The notes under the pieces: generated by a model
The model's input: the letters and a program-made list of their open reading frames with translations, nothing else
Told to the model about the DNA's origin: nothing
Database searches by the model: none
Assembly: GCA_964584165.1 (NCBI GenBank)
Contig: CAZOYW010000007.1
Location: forward strand, 32,886 to 96,885
From: an uncultured bacterium
GTDB taxonomy: Bacteria; Auribacterota; Erginobacteria; Erginobacterales; CAZKCI01
Direction: 5' to 3'
DNA length: 64,000 bases
Made by a program: the position numbers and the translations under genes
Part shown: piece by piece, positions 54,539 through 63,887 of the stretch
Position numbering within the stretch: the stretch's first letter is position 1
Layout: each line of letters begins with the position of its first letter

Positions 54539-57112
54539 ATGCAAAAATGTCGTTGCTTTACCGGTCTGATCGCGCTCGCCGCCCTTGTCCTCGCCGGAAA
54601 GGCGGAAGCGACCGCCTGGCAGACCCAGAACCCCATCCCCACCGCCAACAACTTCAACGACGTTTACTGCCTCCCGGGCGCCCACGTCGTCGCGGTGGGG
54701 AACGCCGGGGCAATCTTCCTCTACGAGCCGGGGGAGGCCGCCTGGCACTATCTGACCTGCCCGCCGGAGGCGAACTACAACGGCGTCTGGGGCGACACTC
54801 CGAATAACATCTACGCGGCCGGGCGCGGCCAGGGCGAATACAGCGACGGGGCGATCTACCACTACGACGGCTCCTCCTGGTCCCAGGTCCATTTCGTCCA
54901 ATACAACCAGATCTACGACATCTGGGGCGCCGACGGCGCCTCGGTCTACGCCGTGGGCGACGGGGGGACCGTCCTCCGCTACAACGGGTCGTCCTGGTCG
55001 GCCATGGACATCGGCACCGCCCAGACCATGCGCGGGGTCTGGGGGCTGGCCGCGAACGACGTCTACGTCGCCGGGAGCGCCAAGGTCCTCCACTACAACG
55101 GATCGAGCTGGTCCGAGATGACCAGCGACTCCTCCGGCGGCTTCCAAGACATCTGGTGCGACGCCGCAAACAACATCTACGCGGTCAAGGACACCGGGAA
55201 GATCTTCCACTACAACGGTTCCACCTGGTCGGTGGCGACCGCGGTCACCAGCGGAGGGTCGAGCGTCTCCCTCTCCGCCGTCTGGGGCGCGGGCGGAGAG
55301 GTCTACGCGACCGGGAGCGGCAATCCGGTGGTAGTCTTCCGCTATGCCTCCGGCTCCTGGGAAGCGATGGAGAGCGGTACCGCCAAGCCCCTCAACGGGG
55401 TGCACGGACTGAACACGGGCGACGTCTACGCCGTCGGAGAAGACGGCAGCGTCGTCCACTACGCCGGCTCCTCCTGGTCCTCCCTCCCGAGATGGAACGA
55501 CAGCAATTTCTACGGCGTCTGGGGCTCCTCGCCCACCGACGTCTTCGCCGTGGGCTGGCGGGCGAGCGGGGCGGGCGGCGTCGTCCTCCACTATGACGGA
55601 ACCGACTGGTCGGAGATGACCATCCCACCCTACGGGACCTTCAACCAGCTCGAAGGGGTCTGGGGATCATCCTCCTCCCAGGTCTTCGCTCTCGGCAACA
55701 AGATCTACCTCTACAACGGCTCCGGCTGGACCGAGCAGACCGAGATCACGCCCGCCCAGGTCTACGCGGCCTGGGGGTCTTCCCCCACCAACGTCTTCGC
55801 GGTCGGCTACGTCGCGTCCTACGAGGGGGGAGTCTTCCGCTACGACGGAGCGAACTGGACCGTCTCGACCGTCATCCCCTACACCCTGCGCGACGTCTGG
55901 GGATCTTCGGGCACCGACGTCTACGCCTGCGGAGACCATAACCAGATCATCCGCTTCGACGGGAACCAGTGGACGGTGCTCACCGACGGCGACGCCGCGA
56001 CCGGCTGGTCCGGGATCTGGTCGGGAGGGAGCGGTTCCTTCTACGCGGTCGGCTCCAACCTGAACAACGACGACCTCCTCCTCCACTACGACGGGGGGGT
56101 CTGGACGCTGAAAAGCGACTTCCACTTCGCCAACTTCAGCCGGATCTGGGGCTCCTCGGACTCCGACCTCTTCGCCGTCTCCACACCGATCGGGACGAGC
56201 GACAAGGTCTGGGGGCGGATCCACCACTACGACGGCCGTTCCTGGGCCGAGTCGCCGACCTACTGGGAGAACGGCTTCAACAGCGTCTGGGGATCGTCCG
56301 GGACCGACGTCTTCGTCGTCGGCGACGGGGGGTCCATCCTCCACTACGGGGGCGGCCGGCTCGTCGCCGAGAAGCCGAATTGGATCTACGACTACGACGG
56401 CGACGGCACCTCGGACATCGCCATCTTCCGGGGGACGAACGGGATGTGGTCGATCCGGAACCTCACCCGGGTCTACCTGGGGAACTCGACCGACGAACTC
56501 GTCCCCGCCGATTACGACGGCGACGGGACGACCGACCCCGCGATCTTCCGGGAATCCGCCGGCCTCTGGTCGGTCCGCTCCCTCTCCCGCTTCTACCTGG
56601 GGGCCACCGACGACCGCCCCGTCCCCGGCGACTACGACGGCGACGGGACAGCGGAGGCGGGGATCTTCCGCCCCACGGCGTCGCTCTGGTCGATCCGGAA
56701 CGTCACCCGGGTCTATCTCGGCGGATCGGACGACGTCCCCGTCCCCGGCTGGTACGACGAGGACGGCGCCAAGGACATCGCCGTCTTCCGGGGAGAGAAC
56801 GGTATGTGGTCGGTGCGAAACCTGACCCGGTTCTACTTCGGGAACTCGACCGACGATCTCGTCCCTGGCGACTACAACGGCGCCGGTTTCTGGGAGGCGG
56901 GGATCTTCCGCCCCTCCTCGTCGATGTGGTCGATCCGGAATGTCACCCGGGTCTATCTCGGGGGCGCGGGCGACTGGGCCCTGCCCGCCGACTACGACGG
57001 CGACGGCGCCGACGACGCCGGGATCTTCCGCGATTCCTCGGGCCTCTGGTCCGTCCGCGACGTTACGCGGGTCTTCTTCGGCTCCAGCGCCGACCTGCCG
57101 GCGACGAGGTAG
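54539..57112 (+). CDS. secreted beta-propeller protein with C-terminal FG-GAP-like DYDGDG repeat domain (paralog 3)
   Basis: Signal peptide. About 14 WG..xxDVYAVGxxGxILHYDGSSWS blades. Seven C-terminal DYDGDGTxDxAIFR...GLWSVRxLTRFYLG modules. Confidence 0.7.
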   Translation: MQKCRCFTGLIALAALVLAGKAEATAWQTQNPIPTANNFNDVYCLPGAHVVAVGNAGAIFLYEPGEAAWHYLTCPPEANYNGVWGDTPNNIYAAGRGQGEYSDGAIYHYDGSSWSQVHFVQYNQIYDIWGADGASVYAVGDGGTVLRYNGSSWSAMDIGTAQTMRGVWGLAANDVYVAGSAKVLHYNGSSWSEMTSDSSGGFQDIWCDAANNIYAVKDTGKIFHYNGSTWSVATAVTSGGSSVSLSAVWGAGGEVYATGSGNPVVVFRYASGSWEAMESGTAKPLNGVHGLNTGDVYAVGEDGSVVHYAGSSWSSLPRWNDSNFYGVWGSSPTDVFAVGWRASGAGGVVLHYDGTDWSEMTIPPYGTFNQLEGVWGSSSSQVFALGNKIYLYNGSGWTEQTEITPAQVYAAWGSSPTNVFAVGYVASYEGGVFRYDGANWTVSTVIPYTLRDVWGSSGTDVYACGDHNQIIRFDGNQWTVLTDGDAATGWSGIWSGGSGSFYAVGSNLNNDDLLLHYDGGVWTLKSDFHFANFSRIWGSSDSDLFAVSTPIGTSDKVWGRIHHYDGRSWAESPTYWENGFNSVWGSSGTDVFVVGDGGSILHYGGGRLVAEKPNWIYDYDGDGTSDIAIFRGTNGMWSIRNLTRVYLGNSTDELVPADYDGDGTTDPAIFRESAGLWSVRSLSRFYLGATDDRPVPGDYDGDGTAEAGIFRPTASLWSIRNVTRVYLGGSDDVPVPGWYDEDGAKDIAVFRGENGMWSVRNLTRFYFGNSTDDLVPGDYNGAGFWEAGIFRPSSSMWSIRNVTRVYLGGAGDWALPADYDGDGADDAGIFRDSSGLWSVRDVTRVFFGSSADLPATR

Positions 57113-57193
57113 CTGGTGGGAGGGGCGTCCCGCCCCGATGGCGAGCCGGGGATCGCGGCGAGACGCCGCTCCCACGGGGCGTGCCCAAAGTCC

Positions 57194-58333
57194 ATGAGCG
57201 CAAAACTCAAGACCCATTTCGCCCCCGCCGAACGGTCGGGAAAGGCCGAGATCGCGCGGCAGGTCCGGGACGTGAGTTCCAGCTCCCTGGTCAGCGGCCT
57301 CCTCGAGACCGCCGCCGGGCTCCTCGCCGTTCTCAACCGCCGCCGACAGATCCTGGCCCTGAACCACGCCCTCCTCGCCGCCCTCCGGGTCCGCGACCCC
57401 GAAGCCGTTCTCGGCCTGAGGCCGGGCGAAGCGATCCGCTGCGTCCACGCGCGGGACATGGCCGCCGGCTGCGGGACGGGGAAGTTCTGCGCCTCCTGCG
57501 GAGCGGCGATCGCCATCGTCTCCTCCCTGAAGAAGCGCCGGCCCGTCGACCAGAAATGCATCCTGACCGTTGCCGGAGGAGGGGAAACCCGCGACCTCTG
57601 CTTCCGAGTAAAGGCCCATCCCTTCCGTGTCCGGAAGGAACCCTTCCTCCTCCTCTTCCTCCAGGACATCAGCGAAGAGGAGCGGCGGGCGGAGCTGGAG
57701 CGAGCCTTCTTCCACGACCTGAAAAACGTCGTCATGGGCATCCAGGGGGCTTCCCAGCTGATGGCGAAGGGGACCGGCGCGGGGATGGCGGATTGGCCGC
57801 AGCAGATCGGCCGGATGGCCTCCCGCCTCCAGGCCGAGATCGCGATCCAGCAGTCGCTCTCCCGGGGGACGCCGGGGAGATACGCGCCCCGGATCGAGGC
57901 GATCCGGGCCGGCGACCTGCTCGCCGAGCTGCGGGAGACCGTCGCCCACCATCCCGCGGCCCGCAAGAAGGTCCTGGTTGTCGGGAAGCCGCTCCCCCGG
58001 CGGCCGTTCCGGACCGACGTTTCCCTCCTCCTCCGCGTGCTCGGCAACATGCTGACCAACGCCTTCGAGGCGACCGAGGAGGGCGGCATCGTCCGCTTCC
58101 GGGCCGAGCTGACGAAGGCCCGGGCGCGATTCAGCGTCTGGAGCCGGGGGGCCATCCCCCCGGCCATCGCGCCCCGAGTTTTCCAGCGCTACTTCAGCAC
58201 CAAGGGGGGGCAAGGGCGGGGGATCGGCACCTACGCGATGAAGCTCCTCGGGGAGGAGTACCTGGGGGGGAAGGTCGATTTTACGTCGTCGCCGGCGAAG
58301 GGGACAACCTTCCGGATCACGCTCCCCGCCTGA
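57194..58333 (+). CDS. sensor histidine kinase with Cys-rich N-terminal sensory domain
   Basis: H-box FFHDLKN. G-boxes GGQGRGIGTYAMKLL. N-terminal CVHARDMAAGCGTGKFCASCGAA. The ORF could instead start at GTG 57116. Confidence 0.7.
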   Translation: MSAKLKTHFAPAERSGKAEIARQVRDVSSSSLVSGLLETAAGLLAVLNRRRQILALNHALLAALRVRDPEAVLGLRPGEAIRCVHARDMAAGCGTGKFCASCGAAIAIVSSLKKRRPVDQKCILTVAGGGETRDLCFRVKAHPFRVRKEPFLLLFLQDISEEERRAELERAFFHDLKNVVMGIQGASQLMAKGTGAGMADWPQQIGRMASRLQAEIAIQQSLSRGTPGRYAPRIEAIRAGDLLAELRETVAHHPAARKKVLVVGKPLPRRPFRTDVSLLLRVLGNMLTNAFEATEEGGIVRFRAELTKARARFSVWSRGAIPPAIAPRVFQRYFSTKGGQGRGIGTYAMKLLGEEYLGGKVDFTSSPAKGTTFRITLPA

Positions 58334-58349
58334 CCCGGCAAATGATTTC

Positions 58350-58541
58350 CACGAATTTACACGAATTTTCACGAATGGGCCCGGGTTAGATCGGGGGCCA
58401 AACTACGAATTGCGCGAATTTCGCGAATTACCTTTGGGATGATCCGAGGACTGGGCTGATCGCGATTGTTGGCATGTTGGCGAGTTATAACTCTGCTAGA
58501 TTACGTTCATATTCTAATTCGCGTAATTCGCGCAATTCGTA
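58350..58541. repeat. ACGAAT-heptad repeat element (locus D): 3 + 3 direct heptads, then 3 inverted heptads, flanking an AT-rich core
   Basis: ccacgaatttacacgaattttcacgaat (exact 10-bp period); ctacgaattgcgcgaatttcgcgaat; ...attcgcgtaattcgcgcaattcgtag. Confidence 0.6.
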
Positions 58542-58551
58542 GTTCCCATTC

Positions 58552-60051
58552 ATGAGCCAAACCAAGAAAACAATAATCCCCCGCCAGAGAATGGCGGAGC
58601 AGGAGCCGCGGAAGCGGATCGGAAACTTCCGCGAGGTCCCCTTCGGCTTTACCCCCGAGCAGGCCCGCCTCGAGTCCGCCCGCTGCCTTCAGTGCAAGAA
58701 CGCCCCCTGCCGGAAGGGCTGCCCGGTCGAGGTCGATATCCCCGCCTTCATCCGCGAGATCGGGGAAGGCCGGACCGCCGAGGCCGCCCGGACCATCCTT
58801 AAGACCAACTCCCTTCCCGCCGTCTGCGGAAGGGTCTGTCCCCAGGAAGACCAGTGCGAGAAGCTCTGCCTGCTGGGAAAGGTCTCTTCCCCGGTGGCGA
58901 TCGGGGCGCTGGAGCGTTTCGCGGCCGACGCTTCGGCGGGCGGCGATGTAGCGGCGCCCGATCGCAGATCGGGCCTACAGGCGGCCTCGACCGATCACGC
59001 TTGTCCGCCAGGGCCCGAAGGGCGACGGCGGAGATCGGGCCTACAGGCGACGGATGCGCGCGCAGGCCGAAAGGTCGCCGTGATCGGAGCGGGGCCGGCG
59101 GGGCTCACCGCCGCCGCCGACCTCGCCCGGCTGGGCCACCGCGTCGTCCTCTTCGAGGCGCTCCACGAGGCGGGCGGGGTGCTGGTCTACGGCATCCCCG
59201 AGTTCCGCCTCCCCAAGGAGATCGTCGCCCGGGAGGTGGAGAACGTCCGGAGGCTCGGCGTCGAACTCCGCCTCGACCAGGTGGCGGGGAGGACCGTCAC
59301 CCTGGACGATCTCCGGGCGGAGGGGTTTCAGGCCTTCTTCATCGCCACCGGCGCCGGTCTGCCTTCTTTCATGTCCATCCCGGGCGAGAACCTGGTCGGC
59401 GTCTACTCCGCCAACGAATACCTCACCCGGGTCAACCTGATGAAGGCCTTCCGCTTCCCCGATTACGACACGCCCGTCGCCCGCGGGAGGCGGGTTTGCG
59501 TCGTGGGGGGCGGCAACGTGGCGATGGACTCCGCCCGCACCGCGCGGCGGCTCGGGGCGGAGTCGGTCGCGATCGTCTACCGCCGGACCCGCGACGAGAT
59601 GCCGGCCCGGAAGGACGAGATCCACCACGCCGAGGAGGAAGGGGTCGCTTTGCGCCTCCTCACCCTCCCCGTCCGCTACCTCGGAGACGGGAAGGGGCGG
59701 CTCCAGGGGATGGAGTGCCTGAAGATGGTGCTCGGCGAGCCGGACGATTCGGGGCGGCGGCGGCCGCTCCCGGTCCGCGGCTCCGAGTTCCGGCTCGAAT
59801 GCGACCTGGCGGTGGTGGCGATCGGGAACGACCCCAACCCCCTCCTGGTCCGTTCCGTCGCGGGGCTGAAGCTGGGGCGGAAGGGGAACGTCGAGATCGA
59901 TCCCGGGACCGGGCAGACCTCCCTCCCCGGGATCTTCGCCGGGGGGGACATCGCCACCGGGGCGGCGACGGTGATCGAGGCGATGGGGGCGGGGAAGCGG
60001 GCGGCGAAGGCGATCGACGCCTACCTAAAAACAGTAACCGAAGAAAAGTGA
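58552..60051 (+). CDS. NfnB/GltD/SudA-type NAD(P)H oxidoreductase (glutamate synthase small-chain family) with in-frame repeat insertion in the linker
   Basis: N-terminal 2x Fe-S Cys clusters CLQCKNAPCRKGCP and CGRVCPQEDQCEKLC. VAVIGAGPAGL and VVGGGNVAMD dinucleotide-binding motifs. Confidence 0.8.
   Translation: MSQTKKTIIPRQRMAEQEPRKRIGNFREVPFGFTPEQARLESARCLQCKNAPCRKGCPVEVDIPAFIREIGEGRTAEAARTILKTNSLPAVCGRVCPQEDQCEKLCLLGKVSSPVAIGALERFAADASAGGDVAAPDRRSGLQAASTDHACPPGPEGRRRRSGLQATDARAGRKVAVIGAGPAGLTAAADLARLGHRVVLFEALHEAGGVLVYGIPEFRLPKEIVAREVENVRRLGVELRLDQVAGRTVTLDDLRAEGFQAFFIATGAGLPSFMSIPGENLVGVYSANEYLTRVNLMKAFRFPDYDTPVARGRRVCVVGGGNVAMDSARTARRLGAESVAIVYRRTRDEMPARKDEIHHAEEEGVALRLLTLPVRYLGDGKGRLQGMECLKMVLGEPDDSGRRRPLPVRGSEFRLECDLAVVAIGNDPNPLLVRSVAGLKLGRKGNVEIDPGTGQTSLPGIFAGGDIATGAATVIEAMGAGKRAAKAIDAYLKTVTEEK
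58966..59050. repeat. 60-bp structured repeat copy B (plus 19-bp flanking duplication), in-frame inside the nfnB/gltD-like gene
   Basis: ccgatcacgcttgtccgccagggcccgaagggcgacggcggagatcgggcctacaggcga, flanked by agatcgggcctacaggcgg. Encodes RRSGLQAASTDHACPPGPEGRRRRSGLQATDA. Confidence 0.75.
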
Positions 60052-60082
60052 TCAGTAATCAGTTACTGATCACTGATCACTT
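60048..60082. terminator. GTGATCAGTAA-TCAG-TTACTGATCAC hairpin overlapping the nfnB stop; convergent-gene terminator-like
   Basis: Perfect 12-bp stem. Same motif as 23414-23463. Confidence 0.55.
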
Positions 60083-60091
60083 CTTTCGCTT

Positions 60092-60538
60092 TTACTGCTT
60101 CTTCCGCCGGGGACGCGGCGGGAGAAGCTTGACCGCCGTCCCGCAGACGTAGACCTCGAAGGCCAGCGGCACGATCACGGTCACGTCGAAGGTGACCTTG
60201 AGCAGGGCGTCCGCCCCGATCCGCTCCGCTTTCTTGATCAGCTTCTTCAGGGCCTTCTCCCGGAGGTCGAAGAGAAGGTCGGCGTAGCCGTCCACGTAGC
60301 AGTCCGCCGCCGGGGCGTTCTTGTCGCAGACCTTGGGGCGCGGGGCGGGCTCGGGGATCCCGAACTCGCGGCCGGTGACGATCCGGGGCCCGAAGGAGAG
60401 GGCGTTGGAGAAGACCCTTTTGAGCGACTTGAGCAGGTCGTCGCTGACCGCCCGCGCTCCCTCCACGTTGGACTGGACGATCCCCAGGACTTCCCGGACC
60501 TTGCGGCCGGGGACGGTGTCGGTGTTGGTAACGATCAT
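60092..60538 (-). CDS. YbjQ/DUF74 (UPF0145) family protein
   Basis: MIVTNTDTVPGRKVREVLGIVQSNV...GADALLKVTFDVT...CGTAVKL. AGGAGGG RBS before the ATG at 60538. Confidence 0.65.
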   Translation of the reverse strand: MIVTNTDTVPGRKVREVLGIVQSNVEGARAVSDDLLKSLKRVFSNALSFGPRIVTGREFGIPEPAPRPKVCDKNAPAADCYVDGYADLLFDLREKALKKLIKKAERIGADALLKVTFDVTVIVPLAFEVYVCGTAVKLLPPRPRRKKQ

Positions 60539-60582
60539 TTCTTCCCTCCTATATCCGCCGCGACCTGACCGGCCGATTATTT

Positions 60583-60698
60583 CCACGGATTGACACGAAT
60601 TTTCACGAATAGATACTATCAGGCCCAACGCTGAATATTCGTGCAAATTCGTGTCAATTCGTGGACAGCAGTCGCCGAGCCATTCGCGGAATTCGTGG
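60583..60698. repeat. ACGAAT-heptad repeat element (locus E): 28-bp arms in inverted orientation plus extra heptads
   Basis: ccacggattgacacgaattttcacgaat ... attcgtgcaaattcgtgtcaattcgtgg ... cattcgcggaattcgtgg. Confidence 0.6.
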
Positions 60699-60699
60699 T

Positions 60700-61704
60700 T
60701 TAGAGTTTGACGACCTCGGCCAGGTCGGTGATCAGAAGCGCCCGGCGCTTCCCCCGCTGGGGGGTGGAGAGCTCGACCAGGTCGGCCTTCAGGCGGATCT
60801 TCTCCCCGCTCATCAGGTCACCCCGCATCGCCCCGTGGTAGACGATCAGCTCCATGTCCTCCAGTTTCCGCGCCCCCCGCTTCACGCCGTTGAGCTCCAG
60901 GATCGCCGGCAGGTAGTAGCCGTGCCGGTCGTCGCCGATCGTAGCCTCGACCTTCACCCCTTTCTCGACCACGGACATCTCGCAGGAGAGGATCGGGACG
61001 TCGGCCGGAGACGCGTAGCGGAAGAAGGGGCAGATCAGGGTCCCGGCGTAGTAGAAGCGGAGCGCCCAGACCTTCCCCAGCTCCCGGACCTGGGCTTCGG
61101 GGTGCTCGCGGAGGAAGGAGCGGATCTTCCGGGCGATCCGGTCGTTCTCCTTCGGATCGTTGATGAAAACGATATCGATGTCGTCCTCCACCCGCCCGTA
61201 GCTCATGGAGCCGGTGACTCCGGTCCGGTCGGGGTCCACCTCGAGGAGGGCGCAGGTCTCCCGCACCGCCTTCTCCACCCACTCGTACTCCCGGCGCAGG
61301 AGCTGCATCGAGCGGACGCTGTCGAAATACCCCTCGAAGCCGGAGAGAGGGAACTTGACGAAGTTCTTGGCGTAGGGGGGCTTCGCTCCCTGGAGAGCCC
61401 GGAGCTCGGGGGCGACGACGAACTGGTTCTCCACCTGGCGGTCGTAGGGGATGATGGCGAGCTCCCCGTTCACGTATTCGCGGTGGGTCCAGCTGTAGGG
61501 GCGGCCGAAGACGTCGATATGCCCTTGGGGGTGGGGATACTTGATGATCATCCCCCAGAAGGCACCGGGCGGATGGCAATAGCCCTCGGCGAAGACGAAG
61601 CTTCCCCCCTTCCGGAAGAAGTAAACGCTGTCCATCACCGGCTCCCGGACCTCCGAGATCGGGACGAGGTACTTCCCCACCACACGGTCGAACTGATCGG
61701 TCAC
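60700..61704 (-). CDS. hypothetical protein with nucleotidyltransferase-fold-like motif
   Basis: TGSMSYGRVEDDIDIVFI resembles the GS-x9-DxD motif of Pol-beta-type NTases. Otherwise unrecognised. Confidence 0.45.
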   Translation of the reverse strand: MTDQFDRVVGKYLVPISEVREPVMDSVYFFRKGGSFVFAEGYCHPPGAFWGMIIKYPHPQGHIDVFGRPYSWTHREYVNGELAIIPYDRQVENQFVVAPELRALQGAKPPYAKNFVKFPLSGFEGYFDSVRSMQLLRREYEWVEKAVRETCALLEVDPDRTGVTGSMSYGRVEDDIDIVFINDPKENDRIARKIRSFLREHPEAQVRELGKVWALRFYYAGTLICPFFRYASPADVPILSCEMSVVEKGVKVEATIGDDRHGYYLPAILELNGVKRGARKLEDMELIVYHGAMRGDLMSGEKIRLKADLVELSTPQRGKRRALLITDLAEVVKL

Positions 61705-61821
61705 GGCGCTTCTCCTTTCACACCCACCGCCTCTTTATACGCCGAACGGACCGCTTTTCAAGGCGAGAGATCGATAATAATCCCTGAATCGACGGGCCAA
61801 ATATGCGATATTTGGCGGATT

Positions 61822-63861
61822 ATGAAGCCGAGACGCCTAGCCCCGGCCGGCCTCCTCGTCCTGATCGCCCTCAGCCTGCCCGCGGCCGCGCCGGCCTACA
61901 TCGGCCCGGGGGCGGGCTTCGCCTTCCTCTCCTCCTTCGTCTTCGTCCTCGGCGCGGGGCTGGCGGCCTTTTCCCTTCTCCTCACCCTCCCGCTCCGCCT
62001 CCTGATCAAGGCCCTGCGCAGGAAGAAGCGCGGGAAGGCCCGCGTGGAGCGCCTGATCGTCCTCGGCCTCGACGGTTTCGATCCCGTCCTCGCCCGCGAG
62101 TTCATGGAGAAGGGGACCCTCCCGAACCTCTCGGAACTCGCCGCCGCGGGGACCTTCTCCGCCCTGGCCACCTCCAACCCTCCCATCTCGCCCGTCGCCT
62201 GGTCCTCCTTCATGACCGGGGCCAACCCCGGCAAGCACAACATCTTCGACTTCCTCCGCCGGGACCCGAGGAGCTATCTCCCGAGCCTCTCCTCGGCCGA
62301 GATCTCGGTGGGGCGGGGCAAGCCCGTGATGAAGCTTCTGCGCAAGTCCGTCCCCTTCTGGAAAGTCCTCGGGGACCACGGCGTGGATTCGATCGTCCTC
62401 AAGGTCCCGATCACCTTCCCCCCGGAGAAGTTTGCCGGCCTCTCCCTCTCCGGCCTCTGCGCCCCCGACCTCAAGGGATCGCAGGGCACCTTCGCCCTCT
62501 ACACCACCGCCGAGATCGCCGGGAGGAAGCTCACCTCGGGCTACGCGGTGAAGCTCGCAGGCAAGGGGCCGGCCTACGCCTCCGCCATCTCCGGCCCCCC
62601 CCACCCCGCCCGTCCGAAGGAGTCCCTGACCATCCCCCTCTCGATCCGAGTCGACCGGAAGCGGTCCAAAGTCGAGCTGAAGGCGGGGACGGCCGAGCTT
62701 TTGCTCGCCCCCGGCGAGTTCTCGGACTGGCTGCGCCTCTCCTTCCCGGCCGGGCGGTTCGCGCGGGTCCACGGGATCGCCCACTTCTTCCTGAAGAGCG
62801 TCGAGCCCGAGCTGGAGCTCTACCTCTCGCCGATCAACATCGACCCCGAGAAGCCCGCCCTCCCCGTCTCCCATCCCCTGACCTACTCGGTCTACCTGGC
62901 CAAGGTCTTCGGCCCCTTCGCCACCCTGGGCCTCCCCCAGGACACCTGGGCGCTCAACGAGGGGGCGCTCACCGACGGGGCCTTCCTGGAGCAGACCTGG
63001 AAAATCCACGAGCAGCTCGAGCGGATCTTCTTCCACTCCCTCTCCCAGCTCCGCCGGGGGCTCCTCTGCTGCGTCTTCGATACCAGCGACGTCATCCAGC
63101 ACGAGTTCTGGCGCTACCGGGGGAAGGACCGGGACGCCCTGGAGAAGGACCCCATCGCGGAGATGTATCGCCGCTGCGACGGCCTGGTGGGGAGGGTCCG
63201 CCGCAAGATCGGCCCGCGCGATCTCCTCTTCGTCGTCTCCGACCACGGCTTCAAGCTCTTCCGTCGGGGCGTGAACCTCAACACCTGGCTCCACCGGAAC
63301 GGCTACCTGGCGCTCAAGAACGGTTCCGGGGGGTCCGGCGAGTGGTTCGCGGGGGTGGACTGGACGCGGACCCGGGCCTACGCCTTCGGCCTCTCGGGTC
63401 TCTACCTGAACCGGAAGGGGCGCGAGCGGGACGGGATCGTGGAGAAGGAGGCGGCGGGAAAACTCAAGGACGAGCTGATCGGGAAGCTCGCCGGGCTGAA
63501 GGACGGCGAGGCCGGCGAGGCGATCAGCGCCGTCTACGACACGGAGAAGATCTACCGGGGCCCCTACCGGGAGAACGCGCCCGACCTGATCGTCGGCTAC
63601 CGCCCGGGCTGGCGGGCCTCCTGGGAGTCGGTGACCGGGATCGTCGCCCCCGAGGTCTTCAGCGACAACGAGAAGGCCTGGTCGGCCGACCACTGCATCG
63701 ACCATCGCTTCGTCCCCGGCGTCTTCTTCTCCAGCCGGAAGGTCGCGGCCGCTTCGCCCCGGATCATCGACCTCGCCCCGACCGTCCTCGACCTCTTCGG
63801 GATCGCTCCCCCCGACCACATGGACGGTTCGGTCCTGTCCGTCGAGACTGCTGATCGCTGA
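61822..63861 (+). CDS. membrane-anchored alkaline-phosphatase-superfamily protein (type I phosphodiesterase / nucleotide pyrophosphatase-like)
   Basis: N-terminal signal/TM segments. GLDGFDP...SNPPISPVAWSSFMTGANPGKHNIFDF matches the AP-superfamily metal-site region. C-terminal DHC/DH motifs. Confidence 0.7.
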   Translation: MKPRRLAPAGLLVLIALSLPAAAPAYIGPGAGFAFLSSFVFVLGAGLAAFSLLLTLPLRLLIKALRRKKRGKARVERLIVLGLDGFDPVLAREFMEKGTLPNLSELAAAGTFSALATSNPPISPVAWSSFMTGANPGKHNIFDFLRRDPRSYLPSLSSAEISVGRGKPVMKLLRKSVPFWKVLGDHGVDSIVLKVPITFPPEKFAGLSLSGLCAPDLKGSQGTFALYTTAEIAGRKLTSGYAVKLAGKGPAYASAISGPPHPARPKESLTIPLSIRVDRKRSKVELKAGTAELLLAPGEFSDWLRLSFPAGRFARVHGIAHFFLKSVEPELELYLSPINIDPEKPALPVSHPLTYSVYLAKVFGPFATLGLPQDTWALNEGALTDGAFLEQTWKIHEQLERIFFHSLSQLRRGLLCCVFDTSDVIQHEFWRYRGKDRDALEKDPIAEMYRRCDGLVGRVRRKIGPRDLLFVVSDHGFKLFRRGVNLNTWLHRNGYLALKNGSGGSGEWFAGVDWTRTRAYAFGLSGLYLNRKGRERDGIVEKEAAGKLKDELIGKLAGLKDGEAGEAISAVYDTEKIYRGPYRENAPDLIVGYRPGWRASWESVTGIVAPEVFSDNEKAWSADHCIDHRFVPGVFFSSRKVAAASPRIIDLAPTVLDLFGIAPPDHMDGSVLSVETADR

Positions 63862-63887
63862 TTACTTCTTTTTCTGTTACTGTTTTT

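Noticed and set aside
55667-58372. 901-aa minus-strand ORF
   Set aside because: It is antisense to FG-GAP paralog 3 and the histidine kinase. Same artefact.
60661-63861. 1066-aa plus-strand ORF
   Set aside because: Its 5' third is antisense to the well-formed NTase-fold gene on the minus strand. The real gene starts at ATG 61822, which has a signal/TM segment.
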